57,930 bases of DNA from Chlamydiales bacterium (GCA_029240195.1 JARBTN010000001.1:1-57930); one strand, 5' to 3'. Numbered from the stretch's first letter, positions 1 to 9,357 are shown. The notes: generated by a model not told the origin, from the letters alone. A program made the numbers and translations.

Positions 1-564
1 CTCGGGCAGAGGTTTTTGGGCTGAGGCTACGGCATTGGCAAAGCGCGCTCCATCCATATGGAGGGAAAGTTGATTCTTGATGGCAATCTCTTGGATGGCT
101 TCTAGCTCTTCTACAGTATAGACGGTGCCGCACTCGCTAGCCTGTGTCAGGCTGATGGTCGTCGGGCGGTTGCAATGAGGGGCAAAAGAGCGCTTGTGGT
201 CGATGAGCGGCTGCAGCTCGCGGCTGATGATTTTGCCATCCTGGCTGGCCACCGCATGCAGCTTGGCCCCCGGGAGAAAGAAGTGGGGAGCTCCGCATTC
301 TTCATTTTGAATGTGCGCCTCTTCAGTGCAATAGATCCCTCCATAAGAAGGACAAAGTGCTTTTAATCCCAGGCAGTTGGCGGCCGTGCCTGTGGAGACG
401 AAAAATACAGCGACCTCTCTTTCAAAAATTTGGCAGAACTGCTGCCGCACCTTTTTTGATAAAGGGTCTTGCCCATAAGAGAGCTGGCATTCGTGATTGG
501 CTTTTGATAGTGCCTCCAAGACATGGGGATGAGCGGGCGCTGTATGGTCGCTTTTAAAGTGCAT
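1..564 (-). CDS. ltaE: Low-specificity L-threonine aldolase (PLP-dependent), N-terminal 188 codons. The 3-prime end runs off the window.
   Basis: Absent from the ORF track because no stop lies inside the window. The reverse-strand frame is open from ATG 564-562 to base 1 by hand translation: MHFKSDHTAPAHPHVLEALSKAN..YGQDPLSKKV..FVSTGTAANCLGL..LHMDGARFANAV. This matches threonine aldolase hallmarks (SD-T-P, YG-DP, TGT-AN, H-DGAR-NA). Track ORFs 147..344 and 363..605 are out-of-frame shadows. Confidence 0.65.
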   Translation of the reverse strand, partial: MHFKSDHTAPAHPHVLEALSKANHECQLSYGQDPLSKKVRQQFCQIFEREVAVFFVSTGTAANCLGLKALCPSYGGIYCTEEAHIQNEECGAPHFFLPGAKLHAVASQDGKIISRELQPLIDHKRSFAPHCNRPTTISLTQASECGTVYTVEELEAIQEIAIKNQLSLHMDGARFANAVASAQKPLPE

Positions 565-743
565 CTGCTTTGGAATACCTTCAGGTCGATTTTGCTGTGG
601 GCCAAATATTAACAAAGGGGCTCTATTTCCCGATAGTGATCCTCGAGAAATTGTAGGCTTTAGAGGCAAAATAAAAGCTATTTTTTTGGCAAATCATCTA
701 TGATATGTGGGCTTTAAAACTTCAGATGAAAATGAGGATGCCT

Positions 744-1370
744 ATGACTGTTTTATATATCACCGCCCACCCTTTAGATGAGACAGAATCAGAGAGTCGG
801 CGCGTCGGCAAGGCATTTATCGATGCCTATCGCCTTTTCAATCCCTCACACTCTATTGTGCACTTAGACCTCTTTAAAGAGCATATCCCATTCCTAGATG
901 CTGATGTCTTCTATGGCCGCAAAAAGCGGCAATTGGGGCAAAGCGACCTGTCAGAACCGCAAAAGGCCAAGCTAGAGCGCCTGGCGGCCATCGCCGACCA
1001 GTTTGCTGCAGCTGACAAATACGTCTTTGTGACGCCGATGTGGAATTTTTCGTTTCCCCCTCTTTTAAAGGCCTATATTGATGCCATCTGCGCAGCGGGC
1101 AAGACGTTTCAGTATACCCCATCTGGGGTGAAGGGGCTTTTGCAGGGCAAGAGAGCTCTTCATATTCAAGCTTCGGGAGACATCTACTCAGAGGGGAGCA
1201 ATGCCCTGATCGAGATCGGCTATCGCCACCTGGAGGCGGTGATGCACTTTTTGGGCGTGCAGGATGTCCAAAAGCTCTTTATCGAAGGGCATAAGAAGTT
1301 CCCCCATCAAGCAGAAGAGATTATTGGTAAAGCGCTTTTAAAAGCAAAACAGATGGCGGAGGCGTTTTGA
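744..1370 (+). CDS. azoR: FMN-dependent NADH-azoreductase / flavodoxin-like quinone reductase
   Basis: MTVLYITAHPLDETESESRRVGKAFIDAY.., PMWNFSFPPLLKAYID and FQYT..G..GLL are typical of AzoR. I trimmed the track ORF (705) to ATG 744, which follows GAGGA at 734-738. Confidence 0.75.
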   Translation: MTVLYITAHPLDETESESRRVGKAFIDAYRLFNPSHSIVHLDLFKEHIPFLDADVFYGRKKRQLGQSDLSEPQKAKLERLAAIADQFAAADKYVFVTPMWNFSFPPLLKAYIDAICAAGKTFQYTPSGVKGLLQGKRALHIQASGDIYSEGSNALIEIGYRHLEAVMHFLGVQDVQKLFIEGHKKFPHQAEEIIGKALLKAKQMAEAF

Positions 1371-1371
1371 G

Positions 1372-1758
1372 ATGAAAAAAATTGAGACGGACGACGCCCC
1401 AAAAGCCATCGGCCCTTATTCACAAGCTGTGCTCAGCGAAAAATTCCTCTTTGTCTCCGGTCAAATTCCAATTGACCTGGCGACAGGTCAAATTATCGAT
1501 TCCACCATCGAGGGGCAGACCCGCTTGGTGTTCGACCACATGGCATCCATTTTAAAGGCGGCCGGCCTTTCTTTTGAGCATGTCGCCAAGGTAGAGGTTT
1601 ATCTCAAGGAGATGAAGCACTTCCAGCAGGTCAATGCCATCTATGCCGAAAAGTTTCCCATGCTAGTCAAGCCAGCGCGGCAGGTGATGCAGGTCGTTCA
1701 GCTGCCGCTCGATGCCCTCATCGAAATTTCATGCATCGCCGTCAAAAATGACTCTTAG
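1372..1758 (+). CDS. ridA: RidA/YjgF/L-PSP family enamine-imine deaminase
   Basis: 128 aa with APKAIGPYSQAV...SGQIPID..TGQI and a C-terminal EISCIA motif. The start lies 1 nt after the azoR stop. Confidence 0.85.
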   Translation: MKKIETDDAPKAIGPYSQAVLSEKFLFVSGQIPIDLATGQIIDSTIEGQTRLVFDHMASILKAAGLSFEHVAKVEVYLKEMKHFQQVNAIYAEKFPMLVKPARQVMQVVQLPLDALIEISCIAVKNDS

Positions 1759-1762
1759 CTAT

Positions 1763-2908
1763 TCACCAATTCAGCCAAAGAAGGGAGATGAGGAATGTGG
1801 CGTAGACGGGAATTTTGACCGGCTGAAAGTGGTAAAGGCGATTTAAGATGTTGCACAAGGTGAGGACGATCAAGCCCGGGTAGATCACTTGCAAGACGGG
1901 CGTTAAGAAAGCGGATATGCCGTTAAACTCCAAAGTGGAAATGGCAAAAGTCAAAAGAAGAGAGAGGGCAAGAGAAGGTGCGTAGGCAAGTTTTCCCTGC
2001 AGCACTTCCTCTTGTAAGAAGGTGGTGAAGGCCGAGATCAAAGCAATTGCTGTAGTCAAGCAGGCCAGCGCAATGGTCGAGTTCACCAAGAGCGCGGCAA
2101 ATGGCCCTGCGATATGCAAGGTGAGAGAGGGGAGGAGCGCTTCTTTATGGATATCGACTAAGGCGTGGCTATGTAAAGAGGAGATTGAGCTAAAGCCGAT
2201 ATAGACGATGCTCAATAAGATGGATCCGATCAGGCTGGCCAGCCCGGAGATTCTTTGCAGCGACTGGTTGGGGTTCTGCTCTTTCAATAGGGAGTAGATG
2301 TGAGAGGAAAAGAAAAAGGCAGCTAGCAAGTCCATCGTGTTGTATCCCTCCTGTAAACCCATCAGAAAAAGGTCAAGGCTCTGCTCGCCAGAAGGAGATA
2401 AATGAGCTGGGGCGTAAAAGAGCCCGAGGGCAATGATGCAGCTTAAGGAGAAGAGCAGCAAGGGGGTGAGAAAGGTGCCGATTAAGGAAATTAACTGGTT
2501 TTTGCGCACCGCCAGCACGAAGATCAAGAGGCAAGAGAAAGCGCTAAAGGGCGCTGCTTCTAAGTGGGGGAAAGAGCTTTGCAAAGTGGAATAAGTCAAA
2601 GCGATGCAGCGGGGAGTCGAACCGAGGGGCCCAAGCAGGGAGATTACGGTCAGGGCAATCAAAAAGCCGGGCCAGCGGCCGAGCCTAGCAAAGAAGCGCT
2701 GGTAGCTTCCCTCATATAAGATGATGGCAAAGACGCCGGCAAAGGGAATGAGGACGCCGGTCAGAAGGAGGCCGGCGATGGCCAAAGTTTGATCCCCTTG
2801 AGCTGCCTTGCCGATGGCTAAGGGAAAGATGACGTTGCCGGCTCCAAAAAACATGGCAAACATAGCCAGTCCTAGGGATAACGTATGAGAAGAGATGCGA
2901 GAGTTCAC
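1763..2908 (-). CDS. brnQ: Branched-chain amino acid transport system II carrier (LIVCS family)
   Basis: Polytopic membrane protein. N-terminal LGLAMFAMFFGAGNVIFPLAIG is the BrnQ signature. Convergent with ridA, with a 4-nt gap. Confidence 0.8.
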   Translation of the reverse strand: MNSRISSHTLSLGLAMFAMFFGAGNVIFPLAIGKAAQGDQTLAIAGLLLTGVLIPFAGVFAIILYEGSYQRFFARLGRWPGFLIALTVISLLGPLGSTPRCIALTYSTLQSSFPHLEAAPFSAFSCLLIFVLAVRKNQLISLIGTFLTPLLLFSLSCIIALGLFYAPAHLSPSGEQSLDLFLMGLQEGYNTMDLLAAFFFSSHIYSLLKEQNPNQSLQRISGLASLIGSILLSIVYIGFSSISSLHSHALVDIHKEALLPSLTLHIAGPFAALLVNSTIALACLTTAIALISAFTTFLQEEVLQGKLAYAPSLALSLLLTFAISTLEFNGISAFLTPVLQVIYPGLIVLTLCNILNRLYHFQPVKIPVYATFLISLLWLNW

Positions 2909-3251
2909 TTTTTTTAAGCCTTTAGAGCAGAGGGAATAGGCCCTTTTTTTGCGCGAGAGATGTAATTTTTTAACCCCTTGTCTATCAAAGGAGTGAAGAT
3001 ATTTTAAAGAGATAAAGGTTTCTTGTCAAAAGAGTCCTAGCAATTTCAATATTTGGGAGAGCCTTTTTTTTTGATAGGAGATTCCTTTTCAAGAGTTTAA
3101 GCCTAATTTTCTAGCCCAATCCCGTAAAACAAACTTTCAGGCCGACGATAAAGTAAATATTTGCTCCCCTTCGTCTCAGAAGAAGATTTGATCAGCTTTA
3201 ATTTCTATGGAGCCCTCCTTAGCTTTTTAGAAGAGAAAGAGAGTTTTTCTC

Positions 3252-3863
3252 ATGTTTTTGATGCATGTAAAAGATGTGGTCGGCAGCTATCTACTCAGTA
3301 AAATTCCTTTTGTAGAAGATTCTGAATTGAATAGGCGGCTCGTTAAAAAGCAGAGGCGGCTCGGCCTTTTAAAGTTCATGCAAGAGCTTTGGGAGCTGCC
3401 AGAGCTTTCTGCGCGCCGCTCCTTGAGCCGCAAGGTAGCGCTCAAGTGCCGCGTGGAATACCTTTCTTTTAAAATCTCAAGCCTACAAAGGGAGATCTGC
3501 TTTGACCAGCTCTCTCGCTTGACTTTGCCTCTATCATTGATTCCACAGACAGCGGTTGCCGGAGCCATGTTGGAGTGCGCCGTGTTAATCGGCGGCACTG
3601 CCAACTGCTATTACATGAAGAAGAAAAAAGAAGATTGCCAAAAAAAGATGGCCAGGCTCAATGCCATCAATCAGGTGGCCTTAAAGAGCTTAAAGAGACA
3701 GCGCAGTTTGGAAAAGCTCGTTAAGCAGATGATGAAAGATCCTTTGCACCATCTTGCCCTCAACCAGCTGCAAAGCTCCCTTGAAGAGCAGGCCATTGGC
3801 CAGCTAGCCGATAAGGTAGGTGTAGCCTCTCTCTTTATGTTTAAACAAGCGCTCGGCCTTTAG
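3252..3863 (+). CDS. Hypothetical protein, basic and helical with one central hydrophobic stretch
   Basis: 203-aa ORF in an otherwise empty interval, followed by a family hairpin. I recognise no motif. Hydrophobic LIPQTAVAGAMLECAVLIGGTANCYY lies mid-protein. Confidence 0.4.
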   Translation: MFLMHVKDVVGSYLLSKIPFVEDSELNRRLVKKQRRLGLLKFMQELWELPELSARRSLSRKVALKCRVEYLSFKISSLQREICFDQLSRLTLPLSLIPQTAVAGAMLECAVLIGGTANCYYMKKKKEDCQKKMARLNAINQVALKSLKRQRSLEKLVKQMMKDPLHHLALNQLQSSLEEQAIGQLADKVGVASLFMFKQALGL

Positions 3864-3916
3864 AGGGAAAAGGGCTTTGCCATCTGTCCACCAAAGGGGC
3901 CCCTATTTCATCCAAT

Positions 3917-3965
3917 AAAAAGTTTGAAGCCTTAGGGCGCTAAGGCCCCTGGCTTCAAACCTTTT
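3917..3965. terminator. Bidirectional hairpin, copy A of a 4-member family
   Basis: aaaaGTTTGAAGCC-ttagggcgctaaggcccct-GGCTTCAAACctttt lies between convergent genes 3252..3863 and 3998..5521. Confidence 0.5.
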
Positions 3966-3997
3966 GCCTGCTTAAAAAGCGCTTGGGGAAAGACTAT

Positions 3998-5521
3998 CTA
4001 GACCTCGAGGGGCATATGGCCCAAGAAATGGGTATCTCTAGTTTGCTCTGAAGAGGCATTACAAGACGAGCAGCATTCCATGAAAACCATTCGAGCGAAG
4101 CAATGGCACTTATTTTTTAGAAGCCTTAAAGAGGAAATGTTTTTTGCCAGATCCCAAATGTATAGGCTATCTGAAGATTGAGAAATTAGCCTGTGCCCCA
4201 CGAAAGTGAGGTCTTGAACTCCTTGTAAATGCCCATGTCGAGCTTTTTGCAGAAGGTGGGCTGTATCTAAGTCCCAAACGCAAAGGGCATCTAACGAAGC
4301 CGAAAAGAGCTTATTGCCGGTAGCGCAAAAGCTAGTCACTGCCTGGGCGTGTCCCTTTAAGCAGCTCACCATCTGGCCTGAGCTGGCATCGCCAATATGG
4401 ACGGTTCCATCGTTCGAGGCGAGCGCTATTTTACTGCCAAATGCGCTTAATTTTGTATAGACGAACTGATGCCGATTTCGCAAGGTGCCAAGGCTTTTGC
4501 CTGTGTGAATATCCCAATGGCGGATCGTTTTGCCATCTCGATTGGATATTAAAAAGAGCTTATCGCCAGCAATACTCATCTTGCCATCAGTGAACAAGAG
4601 CGCCCTGTTTTCTGATTGATTGATGATGCGGTGCTGGTAATTTGTTAGATCCCACATACAAATATGGCTGCGCTCTCGATATCCTCCCACAATCGATACC
4701 AGCTTGTCGCCAGATAAAATGAAGCGGTGGACTTGGCCTCTATGTTGTAAGAGCGCCAAGAAATTGCCCGTGTTCGCATCAAAGACGCGAATGGTGCCAT
4801 CGCGAGAGCTTGAAAATAGCCGCTCTTCAACAAGTTTTAGCCTCGTAATCGGTCGAGTATGGTCTGTGCGAATGTGAAGCGTTTTGTCTTTGACTAGATC
4901 TACAATAGCCACATGGGTTTTTTCTAGGGGGTTTTTCTCTAATACCCAGGCAATTTTATAGCCCGACAAGACACTCAAATGGCGGTATTGACCGTAGGTT
5001 GGGCTGAAGTCAAGTTTTTGGAAGAGAGAACTCACTCTCTTCAGGAGGCGGCCTGTGGCGGTGTCCCAAATGCAGTAATTTCCATGGAGCGACCCTGAAA
5101 TGAGTTGATTGGAGCTTGCGCTTAATTGTGACACCTGCTCGGAGTAGAAGGGGATGGAAAAGTCTGGGCGCAGTTTTTTATGGCGGAGCCGCCAATCGAT
5201 TTTTTGATCCAACAAAAAAGCTTCGACACTATGATTCGAGCTAAAGATTAAATTGAGAGCGAGAGGCTGCCACAATTGAGCATCGCTGCTCACGGCCTTA
5301 AATAGTCGGCAGCTATGTCGAACGCGCAACAAGTCGATTGGATGATCGAGATAAGAAAAAATGCGCAGCCAGATTTCTGGGGGCAGTTCAGTTTGCTGTC
5401 TATAAGGACCTAAAACCGGAGGAGGAAGCCCGTGATTGACGATGGGAGTTGAGGTGGGTTTTTTACTTTTGCCAATTTCCAGTACACTGAGATGGTGGGC
5501 TAATCCTGAGACAAGATCCAT
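3998..5521 (-). CDS. Eukaryote-like F-box / WD40-repeat protein (FBXW-type architecture)
   Basis: F-box: LPPEIWLRIFSYLDHPIDLLRVRHSCRLFKAVSSDAQLW. This is followed by repeated WD-like units: GNYCIWDTATGRLL, SSSRDGTIRVFDANTGNF, HICMWDL, IRHWDIHTGKS, ASNDGTVHIGDASSGQ, LKGHAQAVTSF, LCVWDL, LYIWDL. Confidence 0.8.
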   Translation of the reverse strand: MDLVSGLAHHLSVLEIGKSKKPTSTPIVNHGLPPPVLGPYRQQTELPPEIWLRIFSYLDHPIDLLRVRHSCRLFKAVSSDAQLWQPLALNLIFSSNHSVEAFLLDQKIDWRLRHKKLRPDFSIPFYSEQVSQLSASSNQLISGSLHGNYCIWDTATGRLLKRVSSLFQKLDFSPTYGQYRHLSVLSGYKIAWVLEKNPLEKTHVAIVDLVKDKTLHIRTDHTRPITRLKLVEERLFSSSRDGTIRVFDANTGNFLALLQHRGQVHRFILSGDKLVSIVGGYRERSHICMWDLTNYQHRIINQSENRALLFTDGKMSIAGDKLFLISNRDGKTIRHWDIHTGKSLGTLRNRHQFVYTKLSAFGSKIALASNDGTVHIGDASSGQMVSCLKGHAQAVTSFCATGNKLFSASLDALCVWDLDTAHLLQKARHGHLQGVQDLTFVGHRLISQSSDSLYIWDLAKNISSLRLLKNKCHCFARMVFMECCSSCNASSEQTRDTHFLGHMPLEV

Positions 5522-5631
5522 GTTGTCCTCCTGTTTTTCCAGTTAAAAATCAATTTTAAAAAAGAAACTCAACTCTATGATCAGAGGCAGGGTAACAAAA
5601 TTTTGAATATCAAAGCGCAAAAATATGTGCT

Positions 5632-5922
5632 TTAGGGCTTTTGGCTTAGGGCGCTCAGGATCAATTTTTCCATACTAGCTTCGCTTAAATCCCCTGCGAT
5701 GGAGAGGCGCTTTAAAGGGGCGGTGTGCCCTTGCAAAATGGTCAGTGCATTTTTAGGGAGTGAGAATAGACTTGCCAAAAAGGCAATCAAGGCGGCATTG
5801 GCTTTACCCTTTTCTGGAGTGGCGTGCAATCTCATTTTTAACAGGCCATCTCTAAAGCTGACGATTTCGGTGCGGCGCGCTTGAGGAATGACTTTAACTA
5901 AAAGGATCAGTGGCTTTTTCAT
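5632..5922 (-). CDS. DUF167 (YggU/UPF0235) family protein
   Basis: MKKPLILLVKVIPQARRTEIV...LHATPEKGKANAALIAFLASLFSLPKNALTILQGHTAPLKRLSI matches the DUF167 pattern (P.A...., P..GKAN, G.ts..K). I trimmed the ORF from 6018 to ATG 5922, so it no longer overlaps the palindrome. Confidence 0.7.
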   Translation of the reverse strand: MKKPLILLVKVIPQARRTEIVSFRDGLLKMRLHATPEKGKANAALIAFLASLFSLPKNALTILQGHTAPLKRLSIAGDLSEASMEKLILSALSQKP

Positions 5923-5972
5923 GGATTCTTTTTTTCTTTGTCCTTTTTTCTTTGCACCCCAAGTTTTTTGCT

Positions 5973-6144
5973 CTAGTGCCCGACCACAGATGTTGTTGCG
6001 CATGTTAAACGGCGTCAAAGCCTCTAGAATCGACGATTACCTGTCCCCTCATATTGGCTTAATATGGGGGGACAGGTAATCGATCGATTCTAAAGAGCTT
6101 TCACGCTCGTTTGACATGTAAAAACATCTGTGGTCAGGCACTAG
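5973..6144. repeat. 172-bp near-perfect palindrome (about 80-bp arms, 5-nt apex)
   Basis: The left arm is ctagtgcccgaccacagatgtt..catgttaaacggcgtcaaagcctctagaatcgacgattacctgtcccctcatatt. The reverse complement of the right arm is ctagtgcctgaccacagatgtt..catgtcaaacgagcgtgaaagctctttagaatcgatcgattacctgtccccccatatt. The apex is ggctt, around 6054-6058. Confidence 0.85.
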
Positions 6145-6500
6145 CAGGCAAGGATTGCTAGAAATTGGCGTTTTCAAGATTAAAACAACTCTCTGGATTG
6201 AGGCAATAAAAAGTGTCAGTCAACAGACCCTTAAAATCTTAACCTTGACAAAGAGTGAATAGTAAAAAGTTGCTCTTTATCTCTTGTTATTGTATTGTCT
6301 TCTTTTTCTTTAAAAGTTTTCCCGGTGCTTTTCGCGTAAAAATAGCAAAGCACTTAAGGCGCGCCAAGTGCCTTGATTTGGAAACTTGCTACCCCAGAAA
6401 GGGTATCTGCCAAAGAGTTAGCTTTAAAACAAGCGCTTTGGTTGAGATGAAAGCGCCTTGCGGTGAAAATTAAGTTAACAGATAGGTAAAGACAGTTTAT

Positions 6501-6719
6501 ATGGCCAAAGAAGATACAATTAAGGCTGAAGGGGCAGTAGAAGAGCTTTTGCCGAATATGACATTTCGTGTGAAGTTGCAAAACAGCATGGTTGTCATGG
6601 CTCATCTCTGCGGAAAAATGCGCATGAAGAACATTCGCGTGCTCGTCGGCGACCGGGTGACCGTTGAAATGTCTCCTTACGACCTGAGCAAAGCCCGAAT
6701 CGTTTATCGCCAAAGATAA
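6501..6719 (+). CDS. infA: Translation initiation factor IF-1
   Basis: 72 aa: [28 protein letters not shown]...[26 protein letters not shown]. This is a canonical S1-fold IF-1. Confidence 0.95.
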   Translation: MAKEDTIKAEGAVEELLPNMTFRVKLQNSMVVMAHLCGKMRMKNIRVLVGDRVTVEMSPYDLSKARIVYRQR

Positions 6720-6800
6720 AAAAGAGTGGTTGATTTTATTTGCAAAAATCGCTACACTAACATCCTTTCAGAATCGGGGCCCAGCCCTAGAGAAAGTTAA

Positions 6801-6872
6801 GCCCAGATAGCTCAGGGGTAGAGCACTTGCATGGTAAGCAAGCGGTCGTAGGTTCAATTCCTATTCTGGGCA
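6801..6872 (+). tRNA. tRNA-Thr (anticodon GGT)
   Basis: Acceptor gcccaga/tctgggc. D arm tagctcaggggtagagca. Anticodon stem cttgc/gcaag with loop atGGTaa. T arm gtagg-ttcaatt-cctat. CCA is not encoded. It sits in the conserved position upstream of tuf. Confidence 0.9.
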
Positions 6873-6926
6873 GATTGAAAATAGATCGCCAAAAATATAG
6901 AAAGTTCGTGTGTAACGGAGGAAAAA

Positions 6927-8108
6927 ATGGCAAAAGATAAGTTTGAGAGAACTAAACCGCACGTCAATATTGGAACCATTGGGCACGTCGACCATGGTAA
7001 AACCACATTGACAGCTGCAATCACTAAAACGCTTTCCGAAAGAGGACAAGCTAAGTTCCGTGATTATGCAGCCATCGACAGTTCTCCTGAAGAAAGAGAG
7101 CGCGGTATCACAATCAACGCAGCGCACGTCGAATACGAGACAAACGACCGCCACTATGCGCACGTTGACTGCCCCGGACACAAAGACTACATCAAAAACA
7201 TGATCACCGGCGCCGCTCAGATGGACGGAGCGATTCTTGTTGTGGCAGCGACCGACGGTCCTATGCCGCAAACTAGAGAACACGTTCTGCTCGCCCGTCA
7301 GGTGAACGTTCCAAGCATCGTCGTCTTCTTGAACAAAGTTGACATGATGGTTGGCGAAGAGGAATTGATCGACTTGGTCGAGATGGAAGTGACAGAGCTT
7401 TTGGAAGCGCAAGGCTTCAAAAACTGCCCCATCATCCGCGGCTCAGCTCTGAAAGCACTCGAAGGCGATCCTCAATACGTCGCTAGCATCGATGCTCTGA
7501 TGAAAGCTGTCGATGAGACAATCCCAACTCCACAAAGAGACATTGACAAACCATTCATGATGCCGATCGAAGACGTCTTCTCGATCAGCGGCCGTGGAAC
7601 TGTGGCAACAGGTCGTGTCGAGCGTGGCGTGGTCACATTGAACGCGAAAGCTCAGCTCGTCGGCCTCGGCGAGACAAAAGACACTGTTGTAACAGGCCTT
7701 GAGATGTTCAACAAAGTGCTCGATGAAGCGCGCGCTGGTGAAAACGTCGGACTCCTCCTCCGTGGCTTGGGTAAAGATGACATCCAAAGAGGGATGGTTC
7801 TCTGCGCTCCCAACACAGTGACTCCGCACACTAAGTTCAAAGGTACAATCTACGTTCTGACAAAAGAAGAGGGCGGTCGTCATAAGCCTTTCTTCAGCAA
7901 CTACCGTCCTCAGTTCTTCTTCCAGACGAACGACGTGACAGGTGTTGTGACATTGCCAGAAGGTGTTGAGATGGTCATGCCCGGCGACAACGTCGAGCTG
8001 ATTGTCGAGCTGATTGCACCAGTAGCGATGGAACTCAACCAAAGATTCGCGATTAGAGAAGGCGGCCGTACAATTGGCGCTGGAACAATCTCCGAGATCT
8101 TGAAGTAA
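6927..8108 (+). CDS. tuf: Elongation factor Tu
   Basis: 393 aa with [23 protein letters not shown] and NKVD GTPase motifs, full length. Confidence 0.98.
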   Translation: MAKDKFERTKPHVNIGTIGHVDHGKTTLTAAITKTLSERGQAKFRDYAAIDSSPEERERGITINAAHVEYETNDRHYAHVDCPGHKDYIKNMITGAAQMDGAILVVAATDGPMPQTREHVLLARQVNVPSIVVFLNKVDMMVGEEELIDLVEMEVTELLEAQGFKNCPIIRGSALKALEGDPQYVASIDALMKAVDETIPTPQRDIDKPFMMPIEDVFSISGRGTVATGRVERGVVTLNAKAQLVGLGETKDTVVTGLEMFNKVLDEARAGENVGLLLRGLGKDDIQRGMVLCAPNTVTPHTKFKGTIYVLTKEEGGRHKPFFSNYRPQFFFQTNDVTGVVTLPEGVEMVMPGDNVELIVELIAPVAMELNQRFAIREGGRTIGAGTISEILK

Positions 8109-8137
8109 TTTTAAAGAGAACCAAGACTCTTCTCTCT

Positions 8138-8168
8138 GAGAAGGGGCGCTTTTTGAGCGCCCTTTCTC
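8138..8168 (+). other. 12-bp stem-loop between tuf and tRNA-Trp (processing or weak terminator hairpin)
   Basis: gagaaggggcgc-tttttga-gcgccctttctc, with one G-U pair. No T-run follows. Confidence 0.35.
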
Positions 8169-8176
8169 TAAATTAT

Positions 8177-8249
8177 GGGTGTGTGGCTCAATTGGTAGAG
8201 CAGCGATCTCCAAAGTCGCCGGTTGGGGGTTCGAGTCCCTCCGCACTCG
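8177..8249 (+). tRNA. tRNA-Trp (anticodon CCA)
   Basis: Acceptor gggtgtg/cgcactc (with G-U pairs). Anticodon stem gcgat/gtcgc with loop ctCCAaa. T arm ggggg-ttcgagt-ccctc. CCA is not encoded. Confidence 0.9.
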
Positions 8250-8459
8250 ATTACAAAAACTTATTCTGTCCTGGCATTCTGTCAAAACTAATTTGACAGA
8301 AAGCTAGCGCCTTCTGCAGTCAGTTCAAAGCCGGTCCGCTGAAGATCGATTTGCTTCGCGATGGCCTTCCTTTCGATAAGCCTTGAACTTTTAAGGCGAA
8401 TCCCTTTAGAGGTTTTAATTTTTTTTGCTTAACGGATCACAAAAGAGAGTATAAATCCG

Positions 8460-8708
8460 ATGGATGCTAAAAAAAATCCCCTTACGTCCAGCCCTAAACA
8501 GGCAGAAACCACTCTCTTTGATGCAGCCTCTCATGTGAAGCAAGAATTTCATAAGATTAGCTGGACTAGTGCGGAAGAACTTCGTCTTTATACAAAAGTT
8601 GTCGTTTTAGCGACTTTTTTCTTCGGTATGGCGATTTATGCGGCCGATTTGGTTGTGCAAACGTTTCTATCTGGGATAGGAATCTTTTTTAGGTTGATTA
8701 GCGGCTGA
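8460..8708 (+). CDS. secE: Preprotein translocase subunit SecE
   Basis: 82 aa. FHKISWTSAEELRLYTKVVVLATFFFGMAIYAADLVV shows the amphipathic helix plus single TM. It sits in the conserved position before nusG. Confidence 0.85.
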   Translation: MDAKKNPLTSSPKQAETTLFDAASHVKQEFHKISWTSAEELRLYTKVVVLATFFFGMAIYAADLVVQTFLSGIGIFFRLISG

Positions 8709-8720
8709 AGGAGCGTCAAT

Positions 8721-9266
8721 ATGTCCAAATGGTACGTCGTACAAGTCCTTTCTTCCCAAGAAAAGAAAGTTAAGAAAGTGCTCGAAGAGCAAGCCCGTTT
8801 GAAGGGGATGGATCAGTTCATCGAGCGCATTTTGCTGCCGATCGAGCACGTCTCTGAAGTGAAGCGCGGCCAGCAAAGAATTACAGAAAAGCGGGTGTGG
8901 CCCGGCTACCTTCTCGTGCGCCTGACTTTGACCGATGAGTCGTGGATGTTTGTCAAAAACACCCAAGGCGTCGTCGACTTCTTAGGCGGCGATAAGCCCA
9001 CCTCTCTTTCGGAAGAGGAAGTGCAGGAGATCTTGCAGGACTTAGAAGATAAAACAGACAAAGTGGTGCATAAGCACAAGTTTGAAGTGGGCGATCGCGT
9101 CAAAATCAATGACGGCGTCTTTGTCAATTTCTCCGGTTCGGTGATTGAAGTGTTCCATGACAAAGGGCGTCTCAGCGTGATGGTCTCAATCTTTGGTCGC
9201 GAGACAAGAGTCGACGATTTAGAATTTTGGCAAGTTGAAGAGCTGCCGGCGGGAGCTGAAGAGTAG
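8721..9266 (+). CDS. nusG: Transcription termination/antitermination factor NusG
   Basis: MSKWYVVQVLSSQEKKVKKVLEEQ (NGN domain) plus C-terminal KOW FEVGDRVKINDGVFVNFSGSVIEV. Confidence 0.95.
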   Translation: MSKWYVVQVLSSQEKKVKKVLEEQARLKGMDQFIERILLPIEHVSEVKRGQQRITEKRVWPGYLLVRLTLTDESWMFVKNTQGVVDFLGGDKPTSLSEEEVQEILQDLEDKTDKVVHKHKFEVGDRVKINDGVFVNFSGSVIEVFHDKGRLSVMVSIFGRETRVDDLEFWQVEELPAGAEE

Positions 9267-9357
9267 TTTTTTTTCTGCTTTTTCAGAAGAAGAAGGGGGA
9301 GAGCGAAAGCAATTTGCCCTGTTCTGCTGGGAGAGAATTAAAAAAAAGTAAGTTTTA

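Noticed and set aside
147-605. Track ORFs 147..344(-), 175..366(+), 357..557(+) and 363..605(-)
   Set aside because: All overlap the longer open frame that reads as threonine aldolase (564 down to 1). Their products are low-complexity or Arg/Ser-rich with no motifs. The 363..605 ORF starts at TTG and is one frame off the aldolase frame.
5923-6018. N-terminal extension of the DUF167 ORF, and plus-strand ORF 5888..6079
   Set aside because: Both read into the left arm of the 172-bp palindrome. DUF167 proteins are about 95-100 aa, and the conserved core starts at MKKPLILLVKV.
5973-6144. Idea that the long hairpin is 6S RNA (ssrS)
   Set aside because: The size is right, but 6S RNA needs a large central bubble that mimics an open promoter. 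This element is paired almost continuously and has only small bulges. I keep it as an unexplained palindrome rather than calling it ssrS.
6255-6713. ORFs 6255..6473(+) and 6354..6713(-) around infA
   Set aside because: The minus ORF is antisense to infA. The plus ORF (MNSKKLLFISCYCIVFFFF...) lies in the infA leader, has no RBS and has odd composition.
6861-8285. Antisense ORFs 6861..7412 and 7443..8285 (183 and 280 aa) opposite tuf
   Set aside because: These are shadow ORFs of a highly expressed, codon-biased gene. The second also runs through tRNA-Trp, and neither has a recognisable domain.
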